A stretch of 64,000 nt of DNA from Vicugna vicugna (taxonomy: Eukaryota): contig MU061544.1 of NCBI GenBank assembly GCA_013265495.1, positions 396,214 to 460,213 on the forward strand. The letters run 5' to 3'. Positions 22,900 to 34,980 of the stretch are shown in pieces; the first letter of the stretch is position 1, and each line of letters begins with the position of its first letter. The notes beneath the pieces are model-generated. The model saw only the letters and a program-made list of their open reading frames with translations, ran no database searches and was not told the origin of the DNA. The position numbers were made by a program, and so were the translations under genes.

Positions 22900-24695
22900 A
22901 TCATTTTTTTCCTGTACCTCCTAAAATAATCATGTAAATTTTTATCCTTTATTTTATTAATGTGGTGATTTATATTCACTGATATGCAAATATTATTCTA
23001 ATGTTATAGTCTATGAATATATCCAACTTAATTATATAATGTGTTTTTTATATATTGCTGGATGTGATTGATTAATATCTTATCTAGGACTTCTGCTTTT
23101 TATGTCCCTGGGAGAATGGCATTTACTTTTTATTTCTAATAAAGTTATTTTCAAACACTTCGGTATCAAAGTAATGCTGGCCTCAAGTGGTGCTGGGAAA
23201 GCTGGAAAGAAACATGTAAATCAATGAAGTTAGAACACTCCCTCACACCATATACAAAAATAAATTCAAAATGGTTTAAAGACCTAAATATAAGACATGA
23301 CACCATAAAACTCCTAAAAGAGAATATAGTCAAAACATTCTCTGACATAAATTATAGCAATATTTTCTTAGATCAGTTTCCCAAGGCAAAAGAAATAAAA
23401 GCAAAATAAATAAATGGGGCCTAATCAAACTTAAAAAGCTTTTGCACATCAAAGGAAACCATCAACAAAATAAAAAGACAACATACAGAATGGGAGAAAA
23501 TATTTGCAAATGATGCAACCAACAAGGGGTTAATGTCAAAAATATACAAACAGCTTGTACAACTCAATATCAAAAAAACAAACAGGCCAATCACAAAACA
23601 GGCAGAATACCTAAATAGATATCTCTCCAAAGAAGACATATCAATGGCCAATAGGTACATGAAAAGATGCTCACTATCACTAATTATCAGAGAAATGCAA
23701 ATCAAAACTACAATGAGATATCACTTCACACCAGTCAGAATGGCCATCATTCAAAAGTCCACAAATGATAAATGCTGGAGAGGGTGTGGAGAAAAGGGAA
23801 CCCTCCTATACTATTGGTGGGAATGTACATCGGTTCAGCCACTATGGAAAACAATATGGTGGTTCCATAAAAAACTAAAAATAGAGCTACCATATGATTC
23901 AGCAATCTCACTCTTGGTTATGTATCTAGAAAAGACAAAAACGTCAATTAAAAAAGATACATACACTTCAATGTTGACAGCAATACTATTTATAATAGCC
24001 AAGACATAGAATCAACCTAAGTGTCTATCAACAGATGACTGGTTTAAGATATCTCACACACTCTCACTCTCTCTCACACACACACACAATGGAATACTAC
24101 TAAGCCATAAAAAGAATGAAATATTGTCATCTGCAGCAACATGAATGGAACTAGAGATTATCACACTAACTGAAGTAAGTCAGACAGAGAAAAACAAATA
24201 TTATATTGTTTCTATGTGGAATCTAAAAATAACACAAATGAATCTATACAAAACAGAAACAGTCTCACAGACATAGAAAACAAACTTATGCTTACCGAAA
24301 GGGATAGGGGAGGGAGGGATAAATTAGGAGTACGGGATTAATAGACACAAATTACTATACATAAAATAGACAGGCAATAACGATTTAGTGTATAGCACAG
24401 GGAACTATATTCAATATCTTTAACAACATATAATGGAAAATAATCTGAAAAAATATGGAACTGAATCACTTTGCTGTACCCTTGAAACTAACAATATTGT
24501 AAATCAACTATATTTCAATTAAAACATTTTTTAAAAAGTAATGCTGGCCTCATACAACAAGTTAGGAAGTAGTCTCTTTTTCTCTTCTCTGAAAATATTT
24601 GTGTAAGACTGATGGTAGATCTATCTTAACCGTGAAGATACATTGGACTAGAGTTTTCTTTGTGAGAAAAATTTAAATTACAGATTCTATTTCTA
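22900..24695 (-). mobile_element. Old L1M ORF2 fragment split by the young L1 at 23186-24534
   Basis: 'ggtatcaaagtaatgctggcctca|tacaacaagttaggaagt' is contiguous antisense L1 ORF2 once the insert is removed. Confidence 0.75.
23186..24534 (+). mobile_element. 5'-truncated young L1 (ORF2 C-terminus plus full 3' UTR) with perfect 18-bp TSD
   Basis: TSD aaagtaatgctggcctca at 23168-23185 and 24535-24552. ORFs [18 protein letters not shown] and [18 protein letters not shown]. Confidence 0.95.
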
Positions 24696-25345
24696 TACAA
24701 AGAACTCCTATAAATAAGAGGGAGGAAATTCAATATTTACAAAATGGGCAACAGTCTTGAGTAGGAACTTTAGAGCAGACGTTCAAACGGCTAAAATCTT
24801 TTCAAAGTGCCCAACTTCATTATTCATCTGGGAGACATAAATTAAAACCACAGTGAAACATATAACCTACCACCTGAATAGCCAAAACAAAAATGACTGA
24901 AAATGGTAGATGATGGGAAGGATACAAATCAACTAGACAATTATAAACTGCACTTCACAAAAGAGAATGTACTAATTGTCAATAAATACCCACAAAAGTG
25001 CACAACCACACTAGTTTTCCGGGAAACGTCAGTCAAAATCACAATGAGATGCCACCACATACCACACACACTGGCAAAGATTTAACAAGATAGACAACAT
25101 GAAGTATTGTTCAAGATGTGGAACAACAGGCACACAGATACATTTTGTGAGTATAACTGCCTTGAAAAACTGGGTATTATCAACTATGGTAAAATATATT
25201 TATATGCTATGATGAAGTCACTCTAATCCAAGATATATATCAAGTATTCTCCGTGGGGTCAAAGGTTTGTGAGATCAAAGATGTCCATGGTAGCACTGTT
25301 TATAACAACCCAAACGTTCATAAATAGTAGAATGGATAAACTAAT
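24696..25345 (+). mobile_element. Two adjacent old L1ME ORF2 3'-end fragments
   Basis: The 'aattaaaaccacagtgaaac' / 'gtcaaaatcacaatgagatgccac' motif occurs twice, followed by 'tagcactgtttataacaaccc'. Confidence 0.6.
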
Positions 25346-26994
25346 TGCAGAGTGTAAGAGTGGGACATATACAAAAGTCACTGGTGCATAGCAAGATGAT
25401 GACAGGTGAGACAAGTATTATGGAGAATCTTTACCATGAAAAAGTCTTTGGCTGGGTCGTGATTCTGGTATCTGCAAATTTATCAGTAGCATCCATGGGG
25501 AATCTGAATGGGCATTGGGGTGTTTGCCCTCCTTGGATGCCCCATAGCTTTTACAAGCCACTTCTCTATATGGCTAGTTTATAGCACAAAGGTGTCTTTT
25601 TTTGTCAACTACACTGTGCCTCAAACTTAGTGCACTTCTGATATATGTGCTCCATATACAAGAAAACACAGGTTTTTAATCTCTATTACCTGTTTTTAAC
25701 ACCTCTTGTTCTATTTCTGCTTGAAAACTGATTCTTGAATAGGCTAATTCTTTTTTGAATACTCTGTTAAAAGCAGCAAACAACAGAAAACACACTATAA
25801 ATGCTCTGGCTATTTCCAACAACATACTGTCGAGACTTAGGAGACAAGTGATCTAATTTCAGTTATATAAGGGGTAAATTTTATATTGGTATGTACTCTG
25901 AATGAAGACTATCTAAAAAGCATATGTATGGGGCTTGAGTGATTAAATGACTTGAAACTTAACCACTTTAAACCTGAAGTTGATTGGAAAGAAGCTATGA
26001 ATGGCTCTAAGAATGAACATGAAACCCCTAAAATTGAGGAGGAGAAAGGCTTTTTTTTTTCTTTTCTCAAGCACATTTGTGAATGAAGAAGCTTCCAGTA
26101 TTAAATGAAGCAAACCACATGCATAGCCAAAAGCATTATCCCGGGATAACATATGCCTCTTTTTGTCTTCTAGCAAAAGAAAAAGTGTCTGACCCACTTT
26201 TTTAATTCAGGAGCTGAAAATCTTCAGTAAAGCACAAAGACTCAATTCCAGAAAAAAAGAGTCCAAATGAATAATATAATACGGAACAGAAGCAGGTGCA
26301 TGTGAAAATAAAATGCAATTTCATAACTGGATGAAACTCATATACTTCAGCATCAAGATGACAACTCTATTTTGCAGCCATAATTGTTGGTCTACTAGAA
26401 GCAGAAGCAGTTTTTATTCAGCGTGCTTCTGTGAGCATGTACGTGTGTCAGAGAGAGAGAAAAAGGTTATCAGAAGCTTATTATACTTTTATATACAAAT
26501 CACATATGTATTTAATGTATATTGATATTTTATGTATTTCTAAAATATTACATATATATGCATATATGTCTTTAAATGTTATTACCCTGGAAAAAATATT
26601 GATTCTGTCACCATATAAGGCAATATCAAATCCATAAAACTTGAGGACAAAATGGACTATTTAAAATTGATAACAATTTGTGTTCTTTAGTTAAAAGTCT
26701 TATTTCTCATTTCATGTCTATAAATAATATTTATAACAGATTTATCCCCAAATCATTATAATACATAGCAGTTCCAAGAAGGAAGAAGGAATAATTATTA
26801 CATACTTAAAGTCACTAATAGTTCAGGATTTGTATATCTCACATCAACAGGTGAAATCTGATTAAACAAAATCTTCAGCCCAAAGTATACTACTATTTTT
26901 ACTCATCAAAATAAAAGGTCTAAAATATATGAATTTCTGGTTACATATACTGATTTTTAAACTAATCATTTGTTTATTCTCTTATACACACATG

Positions 26995-27016
26995 GTGTGT
27001 GTGTGTGTGTGTGTGT
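26995..27016. repeat. (GT)n microsatellite
   Basis: Read directly from the sequence. Confidence 0.9.
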
Positions 27017-28399
27017 CTAAACCTACAAAAACATTTAAGGCAAATTTTATTTTTTAAAAAGAATGGTTCAGTCCATCTTTAAATTCTTCTAGTTTGCACG
27101 AGTACTGGGTTGCAGGACTTCAGGACCACAACTCTCTCTTTCCCCAACAGGCTTTTGTTTATGTGTTTTACATTGAAACTTATATTGAGCTTGAAAAAAA
27201 AAAACATTTTCATCAGTTTAGAATTAAAAACAAAGAGGTATATCTTATAGATGTTATATTTCTCTAACAGAATTACCTAGTGGAGGCCTTTTGGGTTTTG
27301 TTTTGTTTTATTTTTGTATTTGTTAAATGCTTGATTTCACTCCTTTGCATTTTGAAAAGACATAAGGATAAATTTGTTCTAATTGATACATCTAAATAAA
27401 TCTGCTTAGATTTAACAGTAATATTTTTCTGACAAATATCTTTACTCAACCAATTTCTTTCATCATGTTTAATCACCCTGTATAAAGAAAAAAATCTCAT
27501 GCTGTTCAATATTTTTTAAATCAAAATTGAAAAAAAACATTGCTACTTAACCACTATTACAGATGATTTTATTCATTCATTAAACATTTATGCAGTAATT
27601 TAAAAGATAGTCAGGGCAACCCACAGGAAAAAAATTGAGGTCAGAGGCAATTAGTGCTGCCACTCATGCAAAGCGTTTGTTTTTATTTTCATTTTCCATT
27701 TAATAAATTGAGATTCAAAAGGAGATATTTACATTAAGACACCACAAATGACTCTTATTTTTCTTGTTTAGCTTGCTTCCCCCCAGTTAAAACAAGAGTG
27801 TGCTTGTCAAATACTTTGCAGGACAGAGGCTTCTAGATATCACTATATTTCTCAAAAAGCACAAATCACTTGCTACCAGCTTCAGAAGGGACATCTTCAA
27901 ATCTTGGTAATACATAGATAAGTTAACAAAACAAACTACTAGGAATGGAAATACTTACATGTAGCCTTTTATTTACCAAAAAAAAATGTTAAAGACCACT
28001 TTCCATGTAGAATTTTGATAGATAATATTCCTTTCTCAACTGAATACTATAAGAAAATTAATTTGACAAATGTTTAGATATACAAATGTTGGCATGCCCA
28101 GTATGCATACATGAAGTATTTTCTTATTTTATAGTTTAAGTGAATAATTTAAAAATTGAATATTCAGAATAAAGTACAGTATTTTTAAAGTATGACAGTT
28201 TTTTAAATTTGTCAACTCATCTTCTATGGAGACCAGTTTAATTACAGGTTGGAATGGTTGAATTCATTTATTAAGGAAATTTGCAAAACATATACTTTTA
28301 TCTATTCAGTGATTTTTTAAATAAATGAATTTAAAAATTGAAGGCATCTTAAAATGCCTACTTCTGCTCTTCATTTGAGAAACAAAAACTCGTCTGTAG

Positions 28400-29218
28400 A
28401 GGGTTAATTGTCTGCTGCACCAGTAAGGGTTTACGGTATAAAAAATACAGGCAAGTGAAAAACCAGAAACAGAAAAATGACTATTTGGAAGAACATTAGG
28501 AAGCTCGCAGAGCTGAGAAGATGGCCAAAGAATCAGAATAGTAAAATAACAGACATGTAGTAAGATAGGTGTACTCAGCCAAATTCAGGAACACGAAAAG
28601 CCTGGTTAGGATGCCTCTTCGAGCATCAACGTTACCGAATAAATGTCCCTGAAACCACTGGACTCATACTTACTGCTGCATCCACACTAAATAGTTTCTC
28701 AATTTCCCCTAGCCTTTCTGTTATGCCTTCAAGTTTAAGAATATCATAATAATAGTGGGGGATCTTAGTGCCCCACTTACATCAATGGACAGATCATCCA
28801 GACAAAATCAACAAGGAAATACAGGCCCTAAATGACACATTAGACCAGGTGGACTTAATTGTTATCTATAGAGCACTGCATCCGAAAGCAGCAGAATACC
28901 CATTCTTCTCAAGTGCACACAGAACATTCTCCAGAATTGACCACATGTTGGCCTACAAAGGAAGCCTCAGTAAATTTAAGACAATTCAAATCATACCCAG
29001 AATCTCAGGTTCAGAACACCTGAGTTGCTAAGCCTGTGCCATGCACCTATCTCTTGGCTACTTGAGGGAAAGAGGAAATATGGGCTATGATGGCTTTTGT
29101 AGTGGAACACAGAGCTCTCTGCCCACCAGGATGAACTCAAGTGGGACTTGCCACCCCTCCTCCCCAAAAAACGGGTTGTTCAGATGTTGGGTTCCAAAAA
29201 TAATAAGTGCATACCACA
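28400..29218 (-). mobile_element. MLT1-like (MaLR) LTR interrupted by an L1 fragment
   Basis: The minus strand begins TGTGG right after a purine-rich tract. The 'tatttggaagaacattaggaagctcgcagag' segment resembles old MLT1 LTRs. Confidence 0.5.
28747..29000 (+). mobile_element. Isolated internal L1 ORF2 endonuclease-domain fragment
   Basis: IIVGDLSAPLTSMDRSSRQ, frameshift, then KINKEIQALNDTLDQVDLIVIYRALHPKAAEYPFFSSAHRTFSRIDHML. Confidence 0.92.
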
Positions 29219-29219
29219 G

Positions 29220-32200
29220 ACCTCCCAACATTCAAATCTATCCTTTCTTAAGTTTTCAAAACCAACAGGCTATGTTCAGTTACTACAAACAGTAACAGGT
29301 CACAATCTCTAGGTCATCTTAGTATTTGGTAACGATTTTGTGTCAGTATTTTAAAGCATGCCACCATTATGCATCCCACTTACAGTAGGAAGAAAGAGCA
29401 GAAAAGAAGAGAGGTGAATTATTTAAAATATTGACCTATACATGCCACAACAAGCAGGGTATAAAATAGGGGTAAAAGGGTACACTCTCTATTTTTGCAA
29501 TTGTTCACCAGATGGTAGGTATTTACAAGGTTTCTCTTTACTCATTTTATGCTATCATTTTTCAGCCACCTCCTGAGATGAGTAAGAATTTTTAAGCACA
29601 TGTATTTACTGAGTGGTGTAGGAGTTCAGAGCAAGCCTCCCCAAAATGTGCCACTTTGGAATGAGGATTATTTTGTGCTAAAGGTAATCTTGACCCTGTG
29701 GGCTCAAGATGAACTACTGCCCCTCCCTTAACTACCTAGAAGAATGTAAATTGGGGATTTTCCCAGAAAAGAATTACTACTGGAGATAAATTTCACCTAA
29801 GTGGCCCCATCTATATGGTAGGGAAAATAATTACAAAACATCCCTCTGCTTCTTATTAACTTGTGAATGATTCTCTTAACCCCGGAATCCCCAGACCCCT
29901 ATCCCATTCCTCAGCTCAGGATGGCATATAGACCTCATTTTACCTTTCTGTCTCTGAACCTCTTTTATGTATTTATGTAGGGTTCCTGTACATATGAAAT
30001 TAAATTAAATTTTCTCCTGTCAATCTGTCTCATGCCAACTTAATTCTTAGATCAGCCAGAAAAACCTAGAAGGATAGAGGAGAGTTTTCTTCCTCCCCGA
30101 CAATGGTCTGAGCCCTCAGCAGCTTTCTTTCACAAAATTGCAGTAACTTTCCATTGTCACTAACTTCCAGACAATAAGTATAAGGAGTTACTCCAGTGGA
30201 TCACCTGAGTTTCATAAAGACTGATCTTTTCCTCTGTTGTGTATCAGCAAACTTACCTCTCTTGAATAATTAAGCTCAATCACTCCAACCAATGTCATAA
30301 CTTCTCCCTCCTCTCCCATATTTTTTTTTTTTTGCCTGTTTACCCAGTGGCATCAAAAGGCTGAAACTGCCAGGTGCCATTCATTTAAAATTTAAGAAAA
30401 ATATTATATTTCACAGTGGAAGCATGCATTTTAGAGTATTAAAATGAGAACCTAGAGGTATAAAGATCTGAAGTAAAACTGAGTGATTCAGATTTAATCA
30501 TGAAAGCCACCATCTCCACTTCCTCCTGTTTATTACATGAATGCTGGCTGAAGACAGTCAGCATCATATATTATGCACTGATTCAGATCTTACATGGCAT
30601 CTTTTAAGACAGTGTAGTCTTCTCCCTTCCAAGTTCTTGATCATCTAGTTAAACCATAAACCATTAGTGTCTGCTCATGAATTGCTGCCTCAAGCCTTTT
30701 TTTTTTTCCTTCAAGTAAGGTGAACTATTAAATGGGCCATGTGAAATTTGGGCCACTGGGAAGACTTTCCCTTCTGGGCTATCTCTATCAAATATAATGT
30801 GACCATCAACTTCTGGTACAGGTCATCCTTTCATGCATAATCATCTACAATCTAGGCTCAAATAGTATCCTCAGTTCATTGTTCATAGAAAACTCTCCAC
30901 GAAGTCGTGAGCCTATGTTAAGGAGGGGTGGCAACGAAGCAGAAGTAGGCATTCCCACAGTTTTAATCATTCTGCTCATATTACTAGATGTTGGAGAACC
31001 CCAGGCCCCATAACTGATCTTGGTGAATCAGAAATAAACATTCAGTTTATATTGGGCAGATGAGTTTACATGGTCACTTGCTGTCCCATGGTCAAGGCTG
31101 CAGACTCTACCAAGATTTCACATATAGAGTAAGTCCATACCCTCCCTCTTTATGACACACATATATGTATGTATCCATATATCATTATTTATTGATATTT
31201 ATATCTGTATCATGACAAAGACATGGCCTTTCTAGAACACCTTACTGTACTTTTTCTATGATTTGGTTACAAAACCTGGCCATAGTTTCAATACATCTAA
31301 TATGTGCATTTTAGGTACTGTTGGATCTGCTTAGACACAATACCCCAATGAAACATCTGCTCTCAGTGCATCCTCAACTAGCTGGTGAGCATTTTCTAGA
31401 TTTAACTCAAAGCACCTTTTGCATTAATTACGTATATATTGAGTAGTACCTTTAAATGTTCTTGAATTAAAAATCAAATGAAGACTCCAAAGTACTGCAT
31501 TTCCTTCTTAGTAGCAGCAGGTGTAATCTGTCCTTCACTTTGGAGGGACTATTTTAACATGGTCCTGAAGACTAGACTCTTAGAAATGTTAGAATGTTTT
31601 TCCATTGGGTTTATGGCTGTCTTTCTGTCACTCTGGCTAACATGCCTCTTACCAAGATGTGTGAGGGTTCTACTAACTCTTTGGGTCTATCACTATGACG
31701 GCGTGATGCAGTTTGTGTGATAATGAAATGTTCAAGATTAAATTCGAGTTTGGATTTCAAAGCCACGAGGCAAGGTATCTGCCCTTTTCAGGTGATGGCA
31801 AATGGCATCTATTTTTTAGTTTTGCTTTTCCAGCTCACTCTCAGAGTGTATATTGTCTGTTTGTCCATTTATTTTCAAACTGATAGCTATGAAAAGATGT
31901 CAGGAACTACACAGACTGAGTCTAGGAAGGAAAGCCCATAAGGAACAGTGACTTATTAAGCACATTTATGATAGTCCAGTGTCATTCTCTGAGACACAGC
32001 TACCATCTTCATTAGTCACTCTGTGATCTTGAATGGAGATAGGATAGGCATCTCAATTTCTGAATTAAAAAAAAATTCTTTGAATTAATCTTTTATAATT
32101 ATTTCTAGGATGCTGGATTCCTTTTATTTGCTGCTATAGTTTGTGGAGATGATTTCAGAGACATTCACTTGCTTCTCTGCAACAGAAAAGCCAGTATCCC

Positions 32201-32405
32201 CTAAATCAGAGAGCCAGTATGGGATCCTGTCATTTGATGAGACTGTTTATAAATCACGTAATCAGCTGCTGGTGGAAGGAATGCAGAATATATTTGGAGA
32301 CCACTTCAGTTCAACCATAAGGCAGACTTAGAAAAGAACTCATTATAACCATATCCTTCTAAGTCTGCACCCTGATGGACAGAGTGAATCCGTATTATCA
32401 GTCCA
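29220..32405 (-). mobile_element. ERVL/MaLR-type internal region with decayed pol remnants
   Basis: Minus 30712-30775 reads EGKSSQWPKFHMAHLIVHL with one frameshift (ERVL RNase H: EGKSSQWAELRAVHLVVH). Minus 30330-30380 'ggcacctggcagtttcagccttttgatgccactgggtaaacaggcaaa' matches the ERVL/MaLR 3' internal region. Confidence 0.7.
29617..30102 (+). mobile_element. ERV1 solo LTR, MER34-like
   Basis: TG...CA termini (tgtaggagttcagagcaagcctccccaaaatgtgccactttgg ... cttcctccccgaca) and a 4-bp TSD gtgg/atgg with one mismatch. Confidence 0.85.
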
Positions 32406-32542
32406 TATTACCAGGGGGTAATGTCTGCTCAGAGACAGTTCAAAACAGTCCCTTAAGAAATGGTGCACTGTGTGCATGAGGCGAGTGCTGAGAAAAAGAG
32501 AGGGTTTTACTCTGGGTCAGGAGGATATGAGAAGGGTGAGGG

Positions 32543-33000
32543 CAGGGTTGCAAACCCAAATGCTTACGTGGGCCAGTCGGTAATATAAATTGGTGCTGCA
32601 GGCTGGGCAGTATAAAAATGCTCTTAGCTTCCAAAGACAGGTATGAATTTTCTTATATTTCTTGAAACACAAAGCCCTCCCTTGGTCTATCTTTTGTTTC
32701 CCACTTTTGAGAGACAAGGGTTAGGAGAACTGTTTTGCTTTCCTCTCAACTCCACTGTAAAGAACATCAGCCGAAGCTCTGGATACACATCTAACAGGTG
32801 CTGGGCTTCAGCACTGGAAGGCAATGGCAGCACTGGGGACAGGGCACAGGATGCCATGCAGAGGGGCAGCAGGCTCTTCTGCTTTAGTTGGCTTGGGATA
32901 GAAGGAAGGAATTGGAACCCAGTATGGCTGTATCTTCCAAATTTTCAATAGATGCTGTATATAAAAACTGATGATTTAAAATTTTTAACAAAAAAAGTAA
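32543..33000 (+). mobile_element. hAT-Charlie DNA transposon remnant, MER102-like
   Basis: 'cagggttgcaaacccaaatgcttacgtgggccag' and 'cccagtatggctgtatcttccaaattttcaatagatgctg'. Confidence 0.65.
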
Positions 33001-33174
33001 AAATTGTCACCTCAAAAATTTAAAAACCTCACCAGAAAACAAAATTTTCCAAGTTCCTTAAAAATCCTGTCATCTCCCTTTCTCAAGTAAACTTTCCTAG
33101 TCAGAGACCATGGATCCTGTAATGGAAGACTAGGGGATATTGGCAAAGTGTTTGTAGTGTTCTTAGAGGGTGCT

Positions 33175-33795
33175 TCTTTAAGAGTGAGGTTTCTCAGCGG
33201 GGAGGGTACAGCTCAGTGGTAGAGTGTGTGCTTAGCATGCATGAGGTCCTGGGTTCAATCCCCAGTACCTCCATTAAATAAATAAATAAAATGACCTTCC
33301 CCCTCAACAAAATTTTTAAAAAATAAAAAATAAATAAAAATAATTAAGAGTAAGGTTTCTCAGAAGCAGATCCAGTGACAAGGAATAAGTCCAAGTGACT
33401 TAATAAGAAAGTATTTTCAGGAAAAACTATTAAAGAACTGGAGAAAGCAGGACAGGAAAGAGGAAGAAACTGAATCAATGTGCCAGTTTAGGTAACTTTG
33501 GCTTATTCCAAGAAGAAATCTTTGGATTATAAACTATACCTCAAAATATTCTGACTAGAGACAAAGGAGCTGTGGTTTTATATTCTTCCTCAAACATTAG
33601 TCACTGTTTAAGAGTTGCCTGAGGGGACATGACCCCTTAGGCATTTTCAGCCTCTGCTCATGTGGACACAGCATTTTCAATGGCCCAAAGGCAGTTTTCT
33701 GAAGAAGAGAAGCAAAGGCACACCAAAGTCAGAGGGGCTGTACACGGAAACAAACAGAAGGATCCAATGGGATCCAAAAGGAGCTCTGAAACTGT
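33175..33795. mobile_element. ERVL LTR (LTR33/LTR41-like) split by a SINE
   Basis: 'ggtttctcagaagcagatccagtgacaaggaataagtccaagtgacttaat...gaaagcaggacaggaaagaggaagaaac'. Confidence 0.6.
33199..33345 (+). mobile_element. Camelid tRNA-Ala-derived SINE (Vic-1-like) with 18-bp TSD
   Basis: GGGGAGGGTACAGCTCAGTGGTAGAGTGTGTGCTTAGCATGCATGAGGTCCTGGGTTCAATCCCCAGTACCTCCA plus A-rich tail. TSD aagagt(g/a)aggtttctcag at 33180-33197 and 33346-33363, at a TT|AAGA target. Confidence 0.93.
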
Positions 33796-34459
33796 CAAAA
33801 AGAGGTAATGCCCCCTTCAATTAAAAGGCCATAGGAACTGCAAAGAATTGAGAGAGAGAACAGGGACTCAAGTTGAAGCGAGGTCCTTTCACCAGAGTTG
33901 GGATTTTAAACTTAGACCAAAACAAGACAAAACAAGCAAACAAAATTTTAAAAAACCCAGGATTTCAGGGGGCTATGCATCTATTTTGGCCCTAAGGATC
34001 CTATGATCAATTAACCATGGCCAAAGACCACCGTGTACCTAATCATTTCAAATAATATTAAGTATGTAGGCATGTCACTTTACTTATCTGGGCTCTTTCC
34101 CCACTGCATGCTCAAGGAGTATGTCATCTCTATGAAAATCAAAAGCCATTTCAACATTAGAATCTCTAACCAATAATCCACAACTAAATAAAACATCCTC
34201 CGAAGTGTTTTTCAAAGAACGCAATGAGTCGGTCACCAACGTAATTCTTAAAAATCTTTGTAAAGGGAATTCTCTTCTTGGTTATCTTGGGGAGGGGACA
34301 CAAATACATGGGTAGGTCGACCAGGCATGCTGAAAAATAACATCAGCATTCCTACCGCGTGAAATATTTGAATTCATAAATTATTGGCACCTTAACTTCA
34401 TTTAGTGAGTGGTAATCAAATTGAGGTCTCCATATAAGTGCCTATATCATAGCTGCCCG

Positions 34460-34980
34460 AGGGCAGAGCACAGTGAACATCCTGCCTGCATACTTAAGAG
34501 CTCATTCAGGTCTTATTCCTTCCTAAAGGAACCACAGTTTTGTTCCGATACCTGCTTCTGGCACAGTCATGTGACTCATGGGAAACTGGATCTAGTTGGT
34601 TCAGGAATATTTGGATGAGTTAATACTGCCGTTAAGACACGGGGAAATCTGCTTGTGAGCTCAGGGAAACGTTTCCTCATTCCCAAGAGAGCAGACAAAC
34701 AATCTTATCTTCCTCTGGGCATTGTTATTTAGAGATGCTGCCTAGACTTCCACAGCTACCAATCTCAAAAGGTAGCCAACCTTGTGGAATGAAGATAGAG
34801 TTGGAAAGGAACTGTGTCCCTGATGACGTCACTGAGCCATTTAAATGACTAACCCTGAAGCCCTCCTGTAACAGGACTGATCTCTGAGCTTTGTGATAGA
34901 TGGGATAATGTATATATATTTTTTAAATACAGTCCGAGATGGAGATTTTGCTACATACGGGTGAAAGCATATTCACTGAC
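34460..34980 (+). mobile_element. MLT1 (MaLR) solo LTR
   Basis: 'gaaccacagttttgttc', 'gtcatgtgact', 'ggaaaggaactgtgtccctgatgacgtcactgagcc' and terminal 'tgaaagcatattcactgaca'. Confidence 0.75.

Noticed and set aside
23224..24009. ORFs up to 158 aa with a Cys-rich motif
   Set aside because: This is the L1 ORF2 C-terminus in a 5'-truncated, frameshifted copy with no promoter
32643..32951. 102-aa ORF in a locally GC-richer patch
   Set aside because: It falls inside a MER102-like hAT remnant and shows no homology I recognise
33199..33273. Apparent tRNA-Ala(AGC) gene with A and B boxes
   Set aside because: It has an extended GGGGAGGG 5' end, an A-rich tail and an 18-bp TSD, and four more diverged copies occur in the window, so it is a SINE rather than a tRNA gene
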